This document shows, one piece after another, positions 21,268-30,664 of a stretch of DNA of 43,756 nt. Where the stretch lies: assembly GCF_000281045.1 (NCBI RefSeq), contig NW_008246133.1, positions 94,885 to 138,640 on the forward strand, written 5' to 3'. Below the pieces are notes generated by a model, which ran no database searches, was not told the DNA's origin, and worked only from the letters and a program-made list of their open reading frames with translations. Numbering within the stretch: the stretch's first letter is position 1; each line of letters starts with the position of its first letter. The translations under genes and the position numbers were made by a program. This DNA is from Saprolegnia diclina VS20. Taxonomy: Eukaryota.

Positions 21268-22224
21268 ATGCTGCGCACGTTCTATGAGCGATATGTGATC
21301 CCGGCGAGGGGCTACATGATGACCGACTGCATCGGCGGTCCGCGGCCCATCCAGCTGCGCCACCTCATGAACGCTCACAAGGGCCTCACGTTTCCCTTCT
21401 TCCTCCTCCTCATGCACTACTACGACAACTGGTCCGTCTCGGCATTTGTGATTCTCGCCGGTACTACGCTATGACTGCCTTGAACGCCAATGCTCTTGGC
21501 GTAGACCAAGGCACGTACGGGCTTTGCTGGCTGCTCAAAGACCAGATCCTCCCCGACCGTCTCTGGACCAAGCCCATGACGATCCCGTCCGCGCTTCTGG
21601 GCCTGGTGGCGTTTACGGCGCATTGGTGCGGCGGCTATTTCCTGATTTCCAACCACAACGAGCTCGCTGCGTGGGTCCTTGCCATTTGCATATCGATGCA
21701 CACGTTGGGCCTCGTGCTCATGATGGTGGCAGACACGCAAAAGTACTTTGTACTGCGCTACAAGCCGGGCTTGATCACGTGCGACATGTTTATGTACATT
21801 GTTGTCATGCAAATATTGGACTAGGGACGGCTGGTTCAAGTGGTGTCGCAACACAAATTTTCTTGGCGAGTTTCTCGTGTACCTCTCGTACACAATCATG
21901 GGCCAGCACTGGTTCCCGTACGTCTTTCTGGCATGCATGTGGCTCTTTGTGGGTGTATCCAATATGATTGCAAAGGATGCCTCGCTCCTCAAAAAGGTAT
22001 ATTCTCGCACGACAATATTGTCTATTACGACGGTTTTTTAAGTGGGTGTGATGTAGGACGGCGGCGAGCAGTATTTAGAGTACTCGGGGTTCTTCCTTCC
22101 CCACGTCGCAAGCTGGATCATGAGCGCGTCGCCATCTTCTGCGTCCGTGCTCCCTAGCCCAACGCCAATCGGTCCCACGGTAGACCACGTGGTCGCGACA
22201 CCGCCCCCAGAAACAAAACAGTAA
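21268..22224 (+). CDS. Multi-exon membrane protein, DUF1295 / steroid 5-alpha-reductase / ERG24-like C-terminal family
   Basis: Exons joined across three short introns: NAHKGLTFPFFLLLMHYYDNWS / GTYGLCWLLKDQILPD...ADTQKYFVLRYKPGLIT / DGWFKWCRNTNFLGEFLVYLSY / DGGEQYLEYSGFFLP...ETKQ*. The G.F...RN.N.LGE motif is typical of this superfamily. Confidence 0.7.
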
Positions 22225-22822
22225 TACGAAGATGGCATCCATCCCACAAGAGTGGTAGTGCATCTTGTGAAGCATCAGACGAAGCGACACGACTTGAACT
22301 TCCGATGTATAGAAGTGCCTCGTCTAGTTGATTTAGAACATCGTGGTGGCGGTTTAGCGACGGCCACCGCTGCGTATCTTTTCATTATTTTTCAATGTGT
22401 GTTGCCAGTTGGAGCCGATGAGCAACTACATTTGCACCTCGTGTGGACTGCTCACACGTGGTGAACCGAGAGCGACGACAAAAAACCGTATCTAGCGGCT
22501 ACGCTGTGGCTGAGACTGACACAAATGTTGGTTTTTATATGTCCTGTGTCGAGTGTTGTCCGACGATAGGTCTGCCTCTATTCGTCGAGTTGATTTAGAA
22601 CATACCATGTACCACTCGCGCTTTTAGCGCGGATGCATAGAGCGTGACGATCCGCGACAGCGATGACGCGTCTTTGACCCGACTTGCAGCATCTTGGGTG
22701 CACGTACCACTGTGTGACACCCGTCCACACGCCTATGGCGCCATTTCGAACCGTCCGCCATACCAGATCTCGCTTCGATCCTGTTTCTCAGACGACCCCA
22801 CGCTCAACACCAAAACACTCTT

Positions 22823-22840
22823 CTCATTTTCCAAATTTCC
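22823..22840 (+). promoter_or_regulatory. INR+FPR core promoter of chitinase 22852
   Basis: CTCATTTTCCAAATTTCC, 11 nt upstream of ATG; strong match to the oomycete initiator + flanking promoter region consensus. Confidence 0.65.
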
Positions 22841-22851
22841 TCGTCTGCATC

Positions 22852-24606
22852 ATGGTGACCATTCTCAAGCCCGCCTCGCTGCTTGCGCTCGCGATCGCAG
22901 CGTCGTCTGTCGATGCCACCGGCCTCAAGAACGTCGTTTATTTTATGGAGTGGAGCATCTACGGTCGCAACTTTCACATTTTCGATCTCGACTGGTCTCG
23001 CATCACGCACATCAACTACGCCTTTGGCAAGCCCGCCGCCGACGGCACTGTCGGCTTGTACGACACGTGGGCAGCGACCGACAAGCGCTACCCCGACGAC
23101 TCGTGGAGCGACACGGGCAACAACGTGTATGGCCAATTCGGTCAAGCCAACAAGCTCAAGAAGAAGTTTCGCGGCACCAAGTTTGGCCTCTCGATCGGCG
23201 GCTGGACCTTGAGCGACCAGTTCAGCGGCATCGCCAGCACCGAGACCGGTCGCACGACGTTTGCCAAGAGCTCGGTCAAGCTCATGCTCGACCTCGGCCT
23301 CGACTTTATCGACATTGACTGGGAGTACCCTGTCGAGGGCGGCAACGACTCACCGCCCGTGCCGCACCGTCCAGATGACATGAAGAACTTTGTGGCGCTT
23401 CTGACCGCGATCCGCACCGAGCTCGCCAAGCTGCCGTTCAAGGCCGAGCTCAGTGTCGCGTCGCCGGCGGGTCCTGCCAACTACCGTCACTGGGACTTCA
23501 AGGCGGTGTGCGAGCAGCTCGACTTTATCAACATTATGACGTACGACATGGCGGGCAGCTGGAGCACGTACACGGACCACCAGGCCAACTTGTACGAAGA
23601 CCCGACCCACCCGGACGGTGCCAAGTACTCGGCCCACGGCGCGATCCAAGACTACATCAAAGGCGGGTGCCCGAGCAACAAGATCGTCATGGGTATTCCG
23701 GCCTACGGTCGGTCGTTTGAGGGTACGAAAGGCCTCTACGACAACTTCACGCCGCCGACGGCCGGCTCATGGGTCTCTGGCAACGACGGCAAGGGTGTCT
23801 GGGACTACAAGGCCCTTCCCCGTGCGGGTGCCAAAGAGGTGTTTGACGCCAAGCTCGGCGCCGCCTACAGCTACGACGAGGCCTCCAAGACCTTTACGTC
23901 CTACGACTCGCCCGAGAGTCTCGCCATGAAGCTCGACTACATCAAAAAGTACAACCTCGGCGGCACCATGTTTTGGTCGGGCGACGCCGACGCCAAGGCC
24001 GGGTCCCCGCGGTCGCTCATCACGCAGGTCTACGACACGTTTGGAAAGGAACACATGGCGTTCGACGCCAACAACCTCAACTACCCGACGTCCAAGTACG
24101 ACAACATCCGGAATGGGTCGTCGACGGACCCGACGCCGGCGCCGAGCAGCAACAAACCGACGTCATCGCCCGTGACGGTGGACCCGATCACCGATGCGCC
24201 CGTGACGGACAAGCCGACTACCATGCCGACCGACAAGCCGACTACCATGCCGACCGACAAGCCGACTACCATGCCGACCGACAAGCCGACGAGCGCGCCG
24301 ACCGACAAGCCGACAAAGCAGCCAACCGACAAGCCCACGAAGCAACCAACGGACAAGCCGACAAAGAAGCCTACTGACAAGCCGACAAAGAAGCCGACCG
24401 ACAAGCCGACAAAGAAGCCGACCGACAAGCCGACAAAGAAGCCGACCGACAAGCCCACGAAGCAGCCGACGTCGCAACCGACGAGCGCTCCGAGCGACGA
24501 CTGTGCCGGCAACACCAACACGTGCTTTTGGCCGCTCACCAAGCAAGCGCTCCCGTATTCGCAAGAAGATTGCGTCAAGTTTACCTCGTTCGTGTGGTGC
24601 CCGTAA
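22852..24606 (+). CDS. Secreted GH18 chitinase (584 aa), near-identical paralog of 15852-17498 with longer linker
   Basis: Same N-terminus MVTILKPASLLALAIAASSVDA, LDFIDIDWEYP, extended PTDKPT(T/K)x repeats, 4-Cys tail. Confidence 0.95.
   Translation: MVTILKPASLLALAIAASSVDATGLKNVVYFMEWSIYGRNFHIFDLDWSRITHINYAFGKPAADGTVGLYDTWAATDKRYPDDSWSDTGNNVYGQFGQANKLKKKFRGTKFGLSIGGWTLSDQFSGIASTETGRTTFAKSSVKLMLDLGLDFIDIDWEYPVEGGNDSPPVPHRPDDMKNFVALLTAIRTELAKLPFKAELSVASPAGPANYRHWDFKAVCEQLDFINIMTYDMAGSWSTYTDHQANLYEDPTHPDGAKYSAHGAIQDYIKGGCPSNKIVMGIPAYGRSFEGTKGLYDNFTPPTAGSWVSGNDGKGVWDYKALPRAGAKEVFDAKLGAAYSYDEASKTFTSYDSPESLAMKLDYIKKYNLGGTMFWSGDADAKAGSPRSLITQVYDTFGKEHMAFDANNLNYPTSKYDNIRNGSSTDPTPAPSSNKPTSSPVTVDPITDAPVTDKPTTMPTDKPTTMPTDKPTTMPTDKPTSAPTDKPTKQPTDKPTKQPTDKPTKKPTDKPTKKPTDKPTKKPTDKPTKKPTDKPTKQPTSQPTSAPSDDCAGNTNTCFWPLTKQALPYSQEDCVKFTSFVWCP
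24205..24480 (+). repeat. Coding 24-nt tandem repeats (PTDKPTTM / PTDKPTK[QK]), about 11 units
   Basis: gacaagccgactaccatgccgacc x3, followed by gacaagccgacaaagaagccgacc variants. Confidence 0.9.
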
Positions 24607-25067
24607 ACAGCAGCTTTGCACTTTAAGGGCAACAACCTCTGGGCCGTTTAATGTGAATTGCATGATCCTTGTTGAAAAATGCACGCATCCTTCTTGAGTC
24701 GAGTAAACCTCTCACTAGAGGCCGCAAGTACTCCTAACTGTTGAGTCAGACGAGGCCAAGCGTTGTTGCTTCGAATGGTGCGAATGGCCCTTCTCAACGC
24801 GGTTGTAGTCTTCGGCAACCTGCAGTCTCTTTATGTGACTGGAATGAAAAAAAAATCGACTACTCGTAAGGTCTGCCGGCATGCGCAACGGCTCGACACA
24901 GGAAACTCGTCAAGGTTGCGTCACTACGAGACGTACCGTGCTGCACGCCGTTTCTCTTCCGCGGCCAAGTGCTTGTCACCTTTGACCGCTTGCAATTCTG
25001 TCGTCGACCGACTTTCCAAACCAAAACACTCCACATTTGTAAAAACGCAAACAATGAACAAGTTGTC

Positions 25068-26558
25068 TTACATCGTGTACGACTTGATGTCCCAGACAAA
25101 GAGCGATACCAAGAACGCGACGGCCGAGAGGATGCCGCCAACGAGAACGGGAAGCGCGTAGCCCATGGGCGACAGGACGAGCACGGACGAAAAGATAAAG
25201 TTGAGAAACTGGCCCGCGCAAAGCGCCGAGTTGAGTGCGCCGGCAAACATACCGAGGTTGTTGTCCGTGCTGCGGCCAATCACATGGATGATGATCGGCA
25301 TCACCATGTACAAAATGACGTTTTGGGGGATGCTGCACGTGATAACAATGATCATGTCGATGGCCACGATTTTGCAAAACGCCAGGACGCACAAGAGCAC
25401 TTGGGGCACCAGCGCCGTCGTCACCACGGCCTTGACACCAAACTTGCGCACAAAGAAGGGGAGCGCCATTAACGCCAGCAGCCCCACGCAGCTGTAGATC
25501 GTGTCCGTGTAGCCGCCCGCAAGCTCGACACCGTCGTTGAACGCCGTCTGTTGCGCCGAACACGCGGGGCTGCCGTCTTGGCCGCACGAATCGGCACCGT
25601 CCGAGACACCACCCTTGACGACAATCCCGAAAAATTGTCCTTTGGCGCCGCTGTAGGCCGTGAAACCATACTGCGAGAAGACGATAATGACGCAGTAGAT
25701 AGCGAGGTGCTTGGGCAGGAGCCGGATGCCGTTCCAGACAGCGGCAAAGGCGGTTGCGATCTGCTCGCGCTTGGTGGCGGACCCGAGCGCGACGCGGTCG
25801 ACGGGCTTTTCCTTGACAAACGCGCACACGGTCAAGCACGTTACGAGCATGATGGCAATGAGCACGGAGAGGAACCGCTTGATCGACTGGTGAGCTGGGC
25901 CGCAAGCCAGAATGTAGCCTGAGACAAAGAACGAGCCGGCGGTCGCATACGCACCGTTGACGGACGCGGCAGTGACTTGGCGATGGCCCGCAAAGTCGGC
26001 AATCATGAGCGAGTTGGGCACCTGCGTGAGGTTGACCGTGATGTCCATCCAGACGTAGCAGAGCACGACAACGAATGTTGTCCACTTGCGCGACGCCGTC
26101 TCGGGGTTCGAGGCGATTTGAGTCGCGCTTGCGTCGCCCAGCGCTTCGCCAATGTCAACGGAAAACATCATGACGAGCCAGCAGAGCGCGCTCGAGATGG
26201 CGCCCCAAAAAAGAAAGGGACGTCGGCGACCGTACTTGGACGTGCAATTGTCGCTGAGGACACCAACGACCGGCGTTACAATGACGCCGGTGACGGGGCC
26301 GACGAGTTGGACGAGCTGGACCGCGGTCGATGGCAAAAGAATTTGAAGCAAGGGACCGAGGGCTGCCCACTGCGCAGCCCACGCCATGTTCATCGCCATG
26401 CATGGCGCGCACATGAGAAACATGAACGGTACGGAGCAGCCGTCGACGACGTCGGTGGGCGCGTCGGTCTGGATGTCCTTTCCGTCGTCTTGGATCTTGA
26501 GGACGGTCGAGTCCATCGGTGACCGCGCCTCGACATATGTGGTTGTTGGTACCGTCAT
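25068..26558 (-). CDS. MFS/GPH-family sugar transporter (SUC/SLC45-like)
   Basis: Single exon from MTVPTTTY, with about 12 hydrophobic segments. Motifs MAWAAQWAALGP, VGPVTGVIVTPVVGVLSDNCTSKYGRRRPF, GMFAGALNSA. INR+FPR-like CTCACAACTGCATTTGCC directly upstream of ATG. Confidence 0.9.
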   Translation of the reverse strand: MTVPTTTYVEARSPMDSTVLKIQDDGKDIQTDAPTDVVDGCSVPFMFLMCAPCMAMNMAWAAQWAALGPLLQILLPSTAVQLVQLVGPVTGVIVTPVVGVLSDNCTSKYGRRRPFLFWGAISSALCWLVMMFSVDIGEALGDASATQIASNPETASRKWTTFVVVLCYVWMDITVNLTQVPNSLMIADFAGHRQVTAASVNGAYATAGSFFVSGYILACGPAHQSIKRFLSVLIAIMLVTCLTVCAFVKEKPVDRVALGSATKREQIATAFAAVWNGIRLLPKHLAIYCVIIVFSQYGFTAYSGAKGQFFGIVVKGGVSDGADSCGQDGSPACSAQQTAFNDGVELAGGYTDTIYSCVGLLALMALPFFVRKFGVKAVVTTALVPQVLLCVLAFCKIVAIDMIIVITCSIPQNVILYMVMPIIIHVIGRSTDNNLGMFAGALNSALCAGQFLNFIFSSVLVLSPMGYALPVLVGGILSAVAFLVSLFVWDIKSYTM

Positions 26559-28746
26559 GGCAAATGCAGTTGTGAGCCCACAGCGGAGGCACTTGCGGTA
26601 TCGAAACCATGTCTTCAAGTAGCTTGGCACAGGCGTCAAGAGGTGCACTTGTAGAGTTGGATGGCGATGCAAGACGCTCTACTGCAAGTGGGATGTTGCG
26701 GATGGTTCAACGGTGTGTCCAATTAAAGGCTGGCGAGATGTTGAAGCCGGCAGCTGGAACAGCGTGATGATCCCACTGTTTGAATGGGGCGTATCTTTGC
26801 CAATGCGTCAGCCGACCACGGTAGCACAGAGCGAGTCAGTTGAGCTCTCAGTTGCCACGTCAGAAAGGTTGTGATTGCGTCATGGTTCCATGCTCGCCGA
26901 CCTCCATGTTGCATTTTGCACAACGTAGTGTTTGGCTCGAGCGACGGCAAGGCTGCAGCGTATCGAGAGCTCTCGATACGCTGCAGTCTTCACCACTGTG
27001 CTCCAAGTTCTTATCCTGAATTTCTCAGATGGGCCTGGATGGATTAAATGCCGTTCTTTGCCCAAGTCGTAGCTACTCGACCTGCACAGCGAAAGTTGAT
27101 AACGATACCATGTCGATGCTCGATGCCATCAAACCACTCTGACCAATCTTTGCATCGAGAGCGAATTTCCTACTTCAAGCTCCTCGATCAAGAATGTTGA
27201 CGCCCAACTTTGACGACCCTCCACAGGTACTTTAGAGATGCACTTGGCAGTGATGTGCAAACTAACTCTGGGACGCGAGCTTGGGACGCGTTGCGATAGA
27301 ATGCAATTTCATGAAACATGAGTGAGAGAGCAAGAAAACTTATGTGAATTTGTGCACCGTACGATTGTTGTGACCGGTCGCGATTAGCTTTCTATGGGCA
27401 CCGAACAAACAAAGAATGGGACTTTCATCCTGTCAGCTTGGCACCATCTTTGACCGCTGTGAGTGGAGCATGTGGTGTCTGAAGGTTGGTCATCCCATTG
27501 GTCAAGTGGCCCCTGTTTTCATTCCAGTCGCCAGGAAAATTATGTATCACGTGGCTAAGAAGGTCGTATAATACAGCCGGCTTGAGTCGTGGGCGGCGAT
27601 GACGAAGGCAATGCTTCTATGTGGCAAAATACCTTGGGCATGGCTGGCAGCCGGTAGCGTTTTGGCTGCTGCTCATCATTCTTCTGCTCGCTCCTGTGTA
27701 GCTATTTCTTTAATAAAGATATAATGTCGAGGGTAGGAACGACTCGCGACCCGTGCTGCGAAAAAGTAAATGCCAATCCGGATCAGGTTGCGGCTTCGGA
27801 GTCCAAGCGGCGCCCGTGCCTGCGTCAGGTCGCGGCCGTTGACCAAGATGCTCGTGAAGAGCTGAGGCATTGGACAGATCGCGAAGCTATGTTGTTTTTC
27901 CGTATGCTTTTACCCCGGAATTCGCTAACTACAACCACTAAAATCAGGACATTTGCACCAATTCATGTCGTGCTCCATGCAGCGCGCCAAGACCACCCAG
28001 TCCAACTTGAAACGCTGAGAAGTTATTGCTTGCCATTGGCTTGCTCCGTAAACCACAAGACACCGAGAAAGTGCCGTTCATGACCACGTACATGGCATCG
28101 ACACCGATGCCATGTAGATGAAAATGGCAGCATAAGAAATTTCAAAATGAAAAAAATGATTGTAATCGAAGTACACTCAAGCGATTGTACTGATGAGCAA
28201 CAGCTTTCTGTCCAAGCGTGAAGGCGAGGAGTATGATCGGAAGACTCCTGCACGAACCGCAAGTGCCTGCACCAACGGCTCACGAACACGCGACCTCGTG
28301 GTACGATATCTCAGAGATTGACTCGGAAAACAATGCACGAGGTATGAAGGCCGTGTTGTGAGCAGTTTAACCATGCAACGCTGCGAAGTAAGGTTACTCG
28401 GTGAGTAGGAAACGCGTCCGAGCCACACGCTTGTGATTAACTTTTGCGCAGGAACCACGTGGAGAGCGACTCAGACTCAGACGGTTTCGTTTGGAACTCG
28501 ACAGTCCCGACGGATTAGGCGCAGTGGGCCGCTGATGCTATGGCTCGTCCATGCCGCTACATGTATCCAAGCCTTTCTTAGGGGAACGCTGACTGTACAC
28601 CGCACCTTCGAACAATATAGTGTACGTAGAAGCTGCGTGAAGCTTGTTGGCCCGTCGAGTCGCTATCTGATTCGCTCTCTGCTCCATTTATTCTGTATCT
28701 TGTCGACGGTTCATGGGTCAAAACGCCTCATTGTTTGTTTGGCGCG

Positions 28747-30216
28747 ATGCTTGGACAGTGTTTTCTGAGCCTCTTGACGATAGTCGCAGTGGCGGTCGCT
28801 GTGCCCTACAAGAACGTTGTCTACTTTATGGAGTGGGGCAGTGTCGTCCAGAGCGCGCCGATCTTTAGCCTCGACTGGTCGCGCATCACGCACATCAACT
28901 ACGCGTTTGGCAAGCTCCAGCCCGACGGAAGCATTGCCTTCAACGACACAAACGTCGCGTTCAACCTGCGCTATCCCGGGGACGGCAACGATCCAAGCAG
29001 CGTGTACGGGCAGTTTGGTCAAGCCAACCAGCTCAAGAAGAAGTTTCGCGGCACCAAGTTTGGTCTCTCGATCGGCGGCTGGACGTGGAGCGACCAGTTC
29101 AGCGGCCTCTTCAGCACGGACGCTGGCCGCAAGACATTTGTGCGCAACGCCATGACGCTCTTGACGGACCTCGGCCTCGACTTTATCGACATCGACTGGG
29201 AGTACCCGGTGGAAGGTGGAAACGACGCGCCGCCTGTGCCGCACCGCCCGGACGATATGGCCAACTACATTGCCGTGCTCAAGGAATTCCGCAAAGCTTT
29301 CGCGTCACTGCCGTTCAAGGCGGAGCTCAGCGTCGCGTCGCCCGCGGGCCCGGCCAACTATGGCCACTGGGACTTCGCGGGTATTTGCGCGCAGCTCGAC
29401 CATATCAACATTATGGCGTACGACTTGGCTGGCGACTGGAGCGAATATACGGACCACCAAGCCAACTTGTACGCAGATCCCAAGCACCCGAACGATGGCA
29501 CGTCGTTCAGCATTGACCGCGCGGTCCAAGACTACATTCGCGGGGGGTGTCCGAGCACCAAGATCGTCCTCGGCATTCCAGTCTACGGCCGGTCGTTTGA
29601 AAACACAAAGGGCCTCTACGCCACGTTTACGAAGCCCACCAATGGATCGTGGGTCGCTCCGTCCGGCGACGGGCTCGGGACGTGGGACTACAAGGTGCTC
29701 CCGCTGCCAGGCGCGACCGAGTACTACGACGCCGTCGTGGGTGCTGCCTACAGCTACGATGCAACAACCAAGATGTTTGTATCGTACGAGTCGCCAACGA
29801 GCATGGCGGCCAAATTGCAGTACATCAAGAAGAATAACCTCGGCGGTACCATGTTCTGGGCTGGCGACGCCGATGCGCCGGCCACGTCGGCCCGATCGCT
29901 CATCACACAAGCCTACAACTTTTATGGCAGAAACAATATGGCGCTCTATGCCAACAACCTTGAGTACCCGACGTCAAAGTACAGCAACGTGCGAGGCAAT
30001 GGCACGCTCGCTCCAACGGCGGTACCGAGCCCAACGCCGTCAACTGTCCTACCAACACCGGCACCGACAACTGCCCCGACAACTGCCCCGACATCGGCGC
30101 CAGCTTTTGTGTGCGGCACAAACCACAATGTGTGCTTTTGGCCGCTGACACAGCAAGTGCTACCCTACGGCAAGGACGACTGCGTCAAGTTTACTGCGTT
30201 TGTCTGGTGCGCTTAG
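28747..30216 (+). CDS. Secreted GH18 chitinase with short PT linker and C-terminal 4-Cys domain
   Basis: MLGQCFLSLLTIVAVAVA signal peptide; LDFIDIDWEYP; MAYDLAG; CGTNHNVCFWP...FVWCA*. Confidence 0.95.
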   Translation: MLGQCFLSLLTIVAVAVAVPYKNVVYFMEWGSVVQSAPIFSLDWSRITHINYAFGKLQPDGSIAFNDTNVAFNLRYPGDGNDPSSVYGQFGQANQLKKKFRGTKFGLSIGGWTWSDQFSGLFSTDAGRKTFVRNAMTLLTDLGLDFIDIDWEYPVEGGNDAPPVPHRPDDMANYIAVLKEFRKAFASLPFKAELSVASPAGPANYGHWDFAGICAQLDHINIMAYDLAGDWSEYTDHQANLYADPKHPNDGTSFSIDRAVQDYIRGGCPSTKIVLGIPVYGRSFENTKGLYATFTKPTNGSWVAPSGDGLGTWDYKVLPLPGATEYYDAVVGAAYSYDATTKMFVSYESPTSMAAKLQYIKKNNLGGTMFWAGDADAPATSARSLITQAYNFYGRNNMALYANNLEYPTSKYSNVRGNGTLAPTAVPSPTPSTVLPTPAPTTAPTTAPTSAPAFVCGTNHNVCFWPLTQQVLPYGKDDCVKFTAFVWCA

Positions 30217-30664
30217 GACGCACTGTCGCTTTGAGTGCATGACCAAGTACTGTGACGTTGCAACATCTTTCTGTAAAGCCTAAACATGCGATTTGGCTGT
30301 GGTTTTGTGTGTGTAGTTATAGTATGGAGGTGGGTAGCAACGAATAAACAGTGTATATGAGCCTAATGACAGACCAGTATCCCTTCCACTAGATTTTGGA
30401 GTGTGCATGACGCAGGATGCGTCACCGCACCATGTATTCATGTGCGCCAAAAACGAAAAGGCGATCGATCCACAAAGGGTCGTGTGGGCCCTGTCATTTC
30501 AAGGGATATAGAGTTTGCGTGTATAGGGTTAGGGTTACTAAACTCAGCGACAGAGGGTTTTGAGCCATTGCATGTAAAAGCAGAGATATCTATCGAGGTA
30601 ATTTGCGATCTCTTCTCTTTGAGTGCAACGACTAGGATACAAGAAATCGAAAATGCAATTTGGA

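Noticed and set aside
24205..24480. Regular short repeats resembling a CRISPR array
   Set aside because: Head-to-tail in-frame coding repeats without unique spacers, inside a eukaryotic chitinase linker; no cas genes.
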